From the NCBI GenBank assembly GCA_951406725.2, contig OX597820.1:77190001-77254000 (forward strand): 64,000 nt of DNA. The letters run 5' to 3'. Made by a program: the position numbers and the translations under genes. The notes beneath the pieces are model-generated. The model did no database searches. It saw only the letters and a list, made by a program, of their open reading frames with translations, and was not told the DNA's origin. This DNA comes from Octopus vulgaris. Lineage: Eukaryota. Position 1 is the first letter of the stretch, and the number at the start of each line of letters is the position of its first letter. Below, in pieces: positions 54,253 through 64,000 of this stretch.

Positions 54253-54854
54253 TACAACACTTTAACCTTTGTGTGACTCAGTTGTTTAATTTTACAACGC
54301 GGTGACAAATATCATTTTTACCTTTTTTACTGTGTAGACCCACACTCGCTTTTCGTGAGCTTCAGCGATAAGTTTTAGAGTGTTTTCATTAAAAATTTGA
54401 CCGAAGAGGAATATGAGTTTTATGTTCACACGTTTTTTACCAACGTGATGCATCTTATATGAAAAAATCAGGAGAATCATTGTTTTACAGAAACGTCTAG
54501 GGATGTTTAATAGCAAAATACCAGAGCTCATAGATGGCGCTTTTGGAATCTGATTAATTTTAGGAAATTTGAAATGCAGCTCGGACACATTTAGGCTTAA
54601 TGTAAAATTAAGAATGACCCTGAATGAGAACCTCAGAAATACGTTGCTGTTCCATGTGATTCATTATTTAATTTGAAATTTTCTTCTAGGTTAGAGGTAC
54701 TTTCTCTAGCAATTTTAGACCGATAAGTACATGACATATAGTAACGTGGCTTTACCTTGACTGGAGATCTCGATCATATATTTAGAGTAATGCATTCGTT
54801 TGGACACCTCATCATTTTGTTTTGGCGGGGGAGGGGGAACAATATCAAATAAAT

Positions 54855-55080
54855 GTGTGTGTTTCAGTTTGTCCTCCACAAATCTGGACAATCGGAGTTG
54901 GCTTTTCACGTCTCCGTAACTTAGTGACTCGGAAAATATGACGATAAAATAAACAGCGGAATTTCAAAGCAATAAGTACTGAGATGGATTTGTTTCGAAT
55001 AACCGCTTCAAGGCTGTGCCGTAGCCTGACCACGCTCCATGCTAGAACACTAAACCAAGTAGAAGATAGACAATAAAAGA
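54855..55080 (+). mobile_element. SINE family A 3' half, degenerate
   Basis: cacgtctccgtaacttagtgactcggaaaa...gataaaataa...aataagtactgag. Confidence 0.6.
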
Positions 55081-55338
55081 TGTGTATGTCTATACTTGTT
55101 TATGTGCGTCTCTATGTGCTTCTATACACGCGCTTCTTTCTCTGAGTGTGTGCGCATGTGTGTGCTTGTGAGCTTCTCAGTAACTTTTAGGCAATTATGT
55201 ACTTTTATCTCTAAGTGAACTTATATTTCTGCACATAATAGTAAGTTGCAGAACTTCTATCATACAAAACCATATATTTTCTCCTTGGCATTTAAATATC
55301 ACTGATGAAGCATTTAGGATAAATCTATCGCGTTATCT

Positions 55339-55388
<50 letters not shown>

Positions 55389-56599
55389 CTTTCATTATAT
55401 ATTCTGGTTTTGTCTTACTCACTGTCACTCGCTAAATTCCTTATCTTCTTTATTCAATGGAATATTTATGTATTTTATCTTCCCTTTGCATTCTCCTTAC
55501 ATACTACCTTCCAATAACACTATAATTCACTCTAATACTATAAAATGCCATATTATATTGTTATTAAACCTATAGTTATTTATTATCTTCTATTATAGAT
55601 TCCATTCTTTTGTCTGTCTTTGAATCTTCCTTAATTCAGAATCTCGTCATAAACACACATACACACACACACATATATATACATATGTATATATATATAT
55701 ACATATACAGGTACGTTTGTTTATAGTAACGATTGCATGTTCAAATGTATATCTCATGTCTGTCTATGTCGTGCGTTAATATCAGTTGCATTACAGACTC
55801 GGTGTTGGAACGGTCCAATGGCAAAATTGCATTTGGTTGCGCTCTCAAATGAGATCTTTCAGCGCTGATCAAATATGTATGTATACAATAAATGCTGGAA
55901 CGTACCGGTTTGTTCCGGCATTTATGTTATGCTTTTGTACTATACCGTCATGTTGCAGTATACTTTAGAAGCCACTACTTCAGTTTAATGCATCCATCAC
56001 AAACATTACAATAAAGATAAATAAGAATGTTTCATACAAGCATTAATATCACAAACGATATTAAATGATTTTGTGGCGTACAGCACTACGAATTAATTGA
56101 ACGTTGGCTCTAGGTTGGCTGTTCACTTTCTCCGCTTTCTGGATTTAAACTCTGCTAAGATAAACGGAGTAAGTTGACCTGAGTGTCCGTAAATATTTGT
56201 CGGCCCAAGGGTGTCGATTGCAGAGTTAGTTTTCGTCGAATAGGATGCATTTCAGTATCTGAAACAGTACTAGGCATTCCAAGTTCGAATTTCGTAGCGA
56301 TTTAAATGCTGGCAATAGCGACAGATGATCCCAACAACACGAAAATAAAGTAAAACTTCATAACTGCATTGTTTGTGGCCCACAGATCATTCCCTTTGCA
56401 GTTATCAATCGAATGATTAATAATAATGAGTAACAGAATATTAATATCGAATAGTTTATGGAATTTTCTGAGATTTAGAAGATTTACAAGTGAAAAGAAC
56501 ATTTATATTTTATAATCCGATTCCATAAGCATATAGTCTATATCAAAATTGCTAAATTGTTGTAGATTGGTTGATAGTATCGATATTTTATTTGTAAGT

Positions 56600-57100
56600 T
56601 AAAACAACGTATGTTGATTGGTGTTTGGTTCAATTGTTTTGTGTATGTTGCCCCTTGGATTTTTTTTCTTTTTCCGGTGTTTCTCCTGACGTTAAAAATG
56701 TTTTTCTTCTGTTGATGTTTGCTTGATGGATTTTGCGTTTTAGTTGTGGTATTTTACTTGGTTTCGTTATGTTTTCTCTCCTGTTTTTTGTATTATGTAT
56801 ATTATGTTTCAATTTCTTGTTAGCATTCTTTTTAATAATCTGGGGTAAAGATCTAGGTTTACTTCGAGATTTGCACCGGGTTTATTGCCCAGTTCCCTGT
56901 AGGTAATCTCTATTGTGGTCTTGAAAATGATTTCCTGTTATTTCTACACTTAATGCTTTTTGTTCATATTCTCTGCATTAGAACGTTTGCGAGAAAGTCG
57001 CTGGCCGGATAACTGAAGAGACGGCCGCGTGGGTGTCCGCTCCGACATCCGAAACACGGAGTTTTATCATGGCTACCGAACAATTGTCATTTATTATATT
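56600..57100. mobile_element. Probable Penelope-like element fragment
   Basis: T-rich tract whose minus strand reads CREYEQKALSVEITGNHF...PQIIKKNANKKLKHNI, loosely like PLE ORF N-termini, abutting an H1 hammerhead. Confidence 0.45.
57002..57075 (+). ncRNA. Type I hammerhead motif, family H1
   Basis: TGGCCG-GATAA-CTGAAGA-G...GACATCC-GAAAC acgga GT-T-TTATC-a-TGGCTA; core intact, 11-bp stem I with one bulge, stem II degraded. Confidence 0.72.
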
Positions 57101-57279
57101 TACAGGTAAACTCCTCTATTTACATAATATCGAAGTCTCTTTCATTCCTTTGTTGTCTTACCATTTCTATCAATATACACAAACACAGATACACACACAC
57201 ACACACATATATATATGTATATAAATGTGGTTGATCTCTAAATCCGCAAGTTTTTGTTTTCCTGTGAATTTCATTCCTG

Positions 57280-57751
<472 letters not shown>

Positions 57752-57933
57752 AATAAACATGTTCTCTTACCGGTAAATTTTCTGATGTAGTTCATTAACT
57801 GCAGAGTAGTTTCCAATCTCAGCGCGCCAAAGCAAGGGCACTTGAAACGATACATCTAAATATAATTTGTAGAACTTCATACATACTGGATTTCGGTTGA
57901 GCGTTCTGTGTCTAGTTCTGGAAATTGTTTTGT

Positions 57934-58027
57934 AAACGACAGACTATGCTGATGAACTTGCAGATGTTTGCCTGTCCATATACGTAAATATTTACAAGTG
58001 AAACGAATGGTACATAGGTAATCGTTT
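57934..58027 (+). ncRNA. Type I hammerhead ribozyme, canonical core
   Basis: CTATG-CTGATGA-[16-bp stem II with 15 pairs, 12-nt loop]-GAAAC gaatg GT-A-CATAG; distal AAACGA/TCGTTT helix. Confidence 0.85.
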
Positions 58028-58172
58028 TTTTTTAATTCGTATATTTTTATTTGCCTTGATTATTTTTACATTTTGTTTTTCTGCTGAGGTTTTTCATGAG
58101 AACACATTCTTCGTGGTAATGGCGATTTGACGTCTATCTTCAGTAAGAGCACTTTACTAGATTTAGCACTTA

Positions 58173-58222
58173 ATACCTGACGAGATTGACTTGTTCTAGG
58201 AACCTACGAAATTATGTCGTAT
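58173..58222 (+). ncRNA. Type I hammerhead motif
   Basis: ATAC-CTGACGA-G...C-GAAA-TTATG-TC-GTAT; core and GUC triplet intact, stem II irregular. Confidence 0.65.
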
Positions 58223-59092
58223 GGAACTGAGTCAAACTACTATTAAAAACTATATTTTGTGTACGACTAATTATGCACGTATGATGGCTTTGTCTGTTTG
58301 TTTGTGGGTAGGTGGGTGGGTGTATGTTTGTGTGTGTGTGTGCGTGTGTTGTGTGTGTGTGCCCATGTGTGTGTGGGGGGCAAATAAACTATACAATCTC
58401 CTATCCAACTCATGTACATAAATAAAAATTGAGTTTCCTGACAATCCATTTCCTGTTTTTGATGACAATATGTCTTAGGAGACAGGTTCTTTCTCTCATC
58501 TGCTACATAATATAGTCACAAATTAAGTTAGCACTGTATTAGTAGCTAATTTTTATCTTCGTGCTATCGATGGTTCTTCATTAATAATCCAAAATCTAAT
58601 GTATGCAGTCAACAGCATAAATAAGAACTTAAATAAAATAAATTTAAACAGTATAAAGTTTGTGTGACTGAATCGTGAAGTGATGGATCCACAAGGACAG
58701 AGCAACACTGTAAAATTCCCCCCGCGAGGGAGACACGCAAATGTAAAAGAAATCTCTCCAGTGTAGCAGAGAAACACACAGGAATCCGAGACCTTATCCT
58801 GAAAAGTTCCACGCAATGCAGAGACACGTTCTAGCCCGTAGCTCACAGACGATCTACTTATTCTCTCCAAATTTCCTGTTGTTACTTCAATGGTATGTTC
58901 TACAAGGAATTGCTTGGATACAAACCTTTACTCAGACATCTAGACTAACTACTTTTGTCTCTTTAGTACTCGTCACACTCCTCAACATCCGCTCTATATA
59001 GTATGCACAGTTTTTTCTTTTCCAGAACCTCGGCTCGCTCGACCTGACTCTTTGTTCAAGTCACATGCTTGTAATATATTTTTCTACTCTTG

Positions 59093-59290
59093 GCACAAAG
59101 CCCGAAATTCTGGGGGAGGGGGTCAGTTTATTATATTGACCCTAGTACGCAACTGGTACTTAATTTGTCGACCCCGAAAGGATGAAAGGCAAAATCGACC
59201 TCGGCACAATTTCATCTCAGAACGTAAACGCAGACGAAATATCGCTAAGCATTTCGCCCGGCGTGGTAACGTTTCTGCCAGTTCGCCGCC
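59093..59290 (-). mobile_element. SINE family B, short-tail variant
   Basis: gcatttcgcccggcgtggtaacgtttctgccagttcgccgcc is the reverse of the family B head. Confidence 0.85.
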
Positions 59291-60382
59291 TCCTCATATC
59301 TGTAATATTTCAAAAATTACGTCACCTTTTAAGCGGCCTCTGGGGGCCCATGTGCATTGGTCTTGACACCAGAAGTACCAAATAGCGTCCCTCTTTCCTC
59401 CTTTTCTTTCACTCACTCCTCCACATAAGCTTTTCGCTTTCTTTCTCTCCCCTTCCTTCATTCCTTCCTTTTACTTTCCTGCCTTCCATCTTGTCTCCTC
59501 TATTTTCCATACTTTCTCTCCAGCATCATACCCTAAGATTAGAAAACTTTATATAAATGTGCATACTCAATCAATTTTCTAGTAGCAACTTGCTTGAAGT
59601 TCCTGGTAGCTACAGGTGAAACTGAATGTGTGTGTGTGTCCATGTATGCATGTGTGTATATACCTACACATGGAGGTATATGATGTGTATGAGTATGTGT
59701 ATGTATGTATATATACATATACTTGTGTGTGACTGTGTGTGGGTGTATGCATATACGCGCGTTTGTATCTTTCTATCTTCATTCTTTTTCTTCCCGTCAT
59801 CTTACTGTCGCCCTCTCACAAATTCACTGAAACGTTTATTTTCGATCAAATTTCCCTCTCGTTTTCTCTATATCTCCTTGTCTCTCCTTTCTCCCTCTCT
59901 CTTCCTAACTTTCTATTTCCCTCTTGATATACAGTGATAGTATTTGCTAAGATAAATCAATAGTGGCTATATTTGTTCCAAATGCTATCATATCCGTCTA
60001 ATAGAAATATTTATGCATGAATGCCTGCAATAAGACAGATACTTATCCAAACCGTCGCTCTTCTGTTTGAAAAGGGTGAAATGACATGCATTATAAAAAT
60101 GTTGCATAATTGACGAAGTCTATTGGAAGATTAGCAGAATCGGTTATTACTAAGTGGGCTATTTGTATATTATCGCTGGAAGAATTCACTTTTTCAATGA
60201 AGCCAACTATTATATGCTAAAGCTATAAATGCGTATTGAGAATTTGTATGTAATTATGAGCAGAATACGTTTGTTTAAACACAGGGATGGACGATGTTAG
60301 ATTAAATATTTGCTGGTCGAATAGCTGATCGATTTTCAATTCGTATTCTAGAAGTGACGTTTTATTTTATATTTATAATATT

Positions 60383-60590
60383 CCTTTACTTGTTTCAGTT
60401 ATTAGACTGCGGCCATGCTAGGGCAACACTTCGTGGAATTTTAGCCGAACGGATCAACCCCAGTACATTTTTAAAGCCCGTTACTTATTCAATGGGATAA
60501 TTTTTGCTGAACTACAAAGTTACAATGACATAAATTCAACAATAGAAGTTGTCAAGAGGTAGAAAAACGGGCACAAAGACTCTCATTTAT
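60383..60590 (-). mobile_element. SINE family A 3' half
   Basis: tttacttgtttcagttattagactgcggccatgcta...atcaaccccagtac. Confidence 0.75.
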
Positions 60591-60659
60591 ATACACACAC
60601 ATATACATACACACTCTCACACACCCATATATATGTATGTATGTATCTATATAAACCTT

Positions 60660-61190
60660 GCACTATAACATCCTCAAGAGATTCAGACCCCACTTCTTTG
60701 CTTTCTCTATGTTCTCCTTCAGTTGCACCAGGGTCTCCGGTTTGTTTACATTAGCCCTCTTATTCAGATATCCCCACAAGAAAAAAATCCAGGCTAGTCA
60801 AATCTGGGGAACGTGAAGGCCAGTTGACATTACCGTCGCAGGAGATGAATCTATCTCCATAGCACTGCCATAGCAAATGCAGTATTTCCCTTGCGGTGTG
60901 AGCAGTTGCACCCATCTTACTGGAACCATGAGTGAGGTCTACCATGAATGGCCTTCACTGTTTCCCAAACTTGACTAGCCGGGTTTTCCCATATAGGGAT
61001 TCCTGAAGTTTTAGAAAGAGCACGGGCGTGCTAAGCTGAAAATGACTGCCATGTAAGTGCTGTCATTTTTCATGTAGTAGTGTTGCAAAATTTGTCTCCT
61101 GCATATTAATTTCCATTATGTCCTTTACATAGAATTCACAATTCAGCAATAACGTGTTAGAGGTTAGTAACTGTCAACTGGACAGCAAAC
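60660..61190 (-). mobile_element. rosa-like (DD41D) Tc1/mariner relic
   Basis: WFQ*D, frameshift, then GATAHTARE...NWPSRSPDLTSLDFFL, giving 41 residues between the second and third Asp. Confidence 0.75.
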
Positions 61191-61679
61191 ATCGAGCAAC
61201 AACTGTTGTTTTTTACACCACTTAGCTTCGTTACAAATATAGGTATGTTACTAAACATACCTTTCATTACGGTCGATAAATATAGTAGTAATTATCAGAT
61301 GTGGCTTCTTCTATTACCTATCGAACACTCAGAATTTTGTGTTGAGTAAAGCTATTTCAGCCAGAAAACTCGTGTAATTGTACACCTGTTTGAGAAATAC
61401 TTAGTTGCTACATGTTTAATTCTGAAGATGGTTGAAGAACTAGATACCGCTCTACGTAGCCGATTGGCGATATAGAGCTGAAATAACTAATTGTTCGTTT
61501 CCAATATCCGATCCGATATTTTTTTTCTTTTGGACTATTTTAAAGCAAAATATCCACCAATGTTTGACTAAAAGATGCTTTTAAATGAAAACAAAAAGTA
61601 TAACATAACAGCGAATCGAAAAGAATGACACAACATGTGGCACGTCTACTATACTTCATCTCATCTATACATACATAAA

Positions 61680-61713
61680 TACATAGATACATACAAGTAA
61701 GCAGATAGATAGG

Positions 61714-61783
<70 letters not shown>

Positions 61784-61866
61784 CATAGATAGATACATAG
61801 ATAGATACATAGATAGATACATAGATAGATACATAGATAGATACATAGATAGATACATAGATAGAT
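61680..61866. repeat. (GATA)n followed by 12-bp GATAGATACATA units
   Basis: Direct reading. Confidence 0.96.
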
Positions 61867-62334
61867 CTGAGATGCTATTCTGCCATTATGCACGTGACTT
61901 GAAATCCTATTAAAGAATTTTATCGTATGTCGCCGCAAAGCTCTGGCGGTGAGCATGTCAGAAGTGTAATGCATTTACGTTGTTAATCAGGTTTTATTTT
62001 TGTTTGTTTGGGGGTTTTTTCCGCAGAAAAGATGTCGTCGATTTCTATATTTGCATTTTTCTTCAGGGTAGTATTAAAGCAAGTATTACCATTTTAGAAA
62101 GTTACAAAACTTTTTCAACCTTAATGTGTGTGTGGCTATAGCCTAAGTGTAAAACCATAACGAAATTTTTCAGGTGATTAAGGAAAATGGAAGGGATAAA
62201 AAAGAGAAAAAGAATTTCAAAGTGGGAATATAGATTGAGATATAAATAGGTTCTTATCTTAGAACAATTAAAGAAAACTAAATATATAGATTGCTAAATA
62301 TATAGATAAATCGGGAGAGAGGCGAAGAAACAGA

Positions 62335-62368
62335 TAGGTAAATAGATGGATGGATAGATGGATAGATG

Positions 62369-62454
<86 letters not shown>

Positions 62455-62455
62455 G
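62335..62455. repeat. (GATG)/(GATA)n microsatellite
   Basis: Direct reading. Confidence 0.96.
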
Positions 62456-62709
62456 GGCTTGGAAGTGAGTTTGATAAAGAGGTTCGTAATTTGACAGGCA
62501 TTCTTTTTCAGTAGCTTTTAGAGAATCGAAATGACAAGTTTGTTATCGTAAATGGGGTCTTCTATATATTGCTTGTTCAGTAAAGTTATGAATCATTGTG
62601 AAATAAAATAAATGCAATTTAATATAGACTCAAATGCTGTCACATTTTGAAAGCGCTACATTAGATTTAAAATATATAAAATACTTTTTCGGTTTATACG
62701 GAAAATTTA

Positions 62710-62835
62710 TGTATGCATGTATGTATATGTGTGTGTGTGTGTGTTTTTACAGATATATATATATATATATATACATATATATATGCATATATATATATAT
62801 GCATATATATATGCATATATATATATATATATATG

Positions 62836-62887
<52 letters not shown>

Positions 62888-62908
62888 TATATATGTATAT
62901 AAATATAC

Positions 62909-62948
<40 letters not shown>

Positions 62949-63026
62949 CACAATATACGTATATATATATATATATATGCATATATATGTATATATATAC
63001 ACATATTTATATATACACATATATAC

Positions 63027-63066
<40 letters not shown>

Positions 63067-63190
63067 ATACACACAACACATACACAGGCACTGGCACACA
63101 TATATATAGATATATTTATATATATGTGTGTCAGTGCCTGTGTATGTGTGTGTATTTATGTGTGTGTGTGTGGATGTGTGTGTGTGTGAG
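62710..63190. repeat. (TA)n-rich compound microsatellite
   Basis: Direct reading. Confidence 0.95.
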
Positions 63191-63339
63191 TGTGTTCCTT
63201 TCAATTTTTAATTATTTAAAGATTTTCCATTAGGAAGGTGCTGATTTCTGTCAAAGATACAAAGCTCTTTCCCTGAAATGTAGGTAACAGAAAAGAAGTT
63301 CACATTTCATAAAAGCCTTGCAGAATATTATTGTTGTAT

Positions 63340-63912
63340 GGCGGCGAGCCAGCAGAAACTTTAGCATGCCGGACGAAATGCTTATTGGTATTTCGTCTGT
63401 AGTTACGTTCTGAGTTCAAATTTCGCCGAGGTCGACTTTGCCTTTCATCATTTCGGGGTCGATTAAATCGACTGGGGTCGATATAATCGACTTAATCCGT
63501 CTGTCTGCCCTTGTCTGTCCTCTCTGTGTTTATCCCCTTGTGGGTAGTAAAGGAATAGGTATTTCGTCTGCCGCTACGTTTTGAGTTCAAATTCCGCCGG
63601 GGTCGACTTTGCCTTTCATCGTTTCGGGGTCGATTAAATAAGTACCAGTTGCGCACTGGGGTCGATATAATTGATTTAATCCTTTTGTCTGTCCTTTTCT
63701 GTCCTCTCTGTGTTTAGCCCCTTGTGGGTAGTAAAGGAATAGGTATTTCGTCTGTCTTTACATTCTGATTTCAAATTCAACCGTGGTCGAATTTGCCTTT
63801 CATAACTTCGGCATCAAAAGTATGTTAAGTACCATTTGCGTAGTAAGGTCGATCTAATCGACTAGCCCCCTTCCCCAAACTTTCGGGCCTCGTGCCTAGA
63901 GTAAAAAAGAAT
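63340..63912 (+). mobile_element. SINE family B trimeric array
   Basis: One head, then three units each starting ggtatttcgtctg (about 63387, 63558 and 63742). Confidence 0.9.
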
Positions 63913-64000
63913 ATTACTGTTGCGTACGTAGATTCTGAGCTTTTCAGCTAATTGATTTCAAATGTGTGTGCGTGTTGCTAGAGTGTATGTGAGAATGTGT

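Noticed and set aside
54525-54541. CTCF-like TAGATGGCGC motif
   Set aside because: Partial match only; common in transposon sequence and unsupported without binding data
55298-55335. CTGATGAAGC motif, and the related cctaatgaaattccaaggaatgaag at about 38962
   Set aside because: Core incomplete and stems unconvincing; at most highly decayed relics
61418-61492. CTGAAGA...GCTCTA/TAGAGC hairpin...GAAA
   Set aside because: No valid UH site in register with stem I; not counted as an HHR

Overview
AT-rich eukaryotic non-coding DNA, most likely from an octopus (inferred from the tRNA-derived SINE families and the extreme (TA)n/(GATA)n/(CA)n load). I find no convincing host-gene exon, and almost all ORF-track entries are microsatellite translations. 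The window is a patchwork of transposon relics: several tRNA-SINE families, four IS630-Tc1-mariner lineages (Tc1-like, mariner, DD37D maT, DD41D rosa-like), RTE, Tx1-like and R4/Dong-like LINE 3' ends, and a possible piggyBac relic. The main hidden signal is RNA structure. There are about 13 type I hammerhead ribozyme (HHR) motifs, four of them with intact catalytic cores (23615, 37961, 57934, 58173). They sit in inverted or direct repeats typical of Penelope-like element pseudo-LTRs, including two head-to-head HHR pairs and a tRNA-SINE with an HHR-like tail. One SINE family shares its 3' tail with the Tx1-like LINE. All pairings and alignments were done by eye and element boundaries are approximate.
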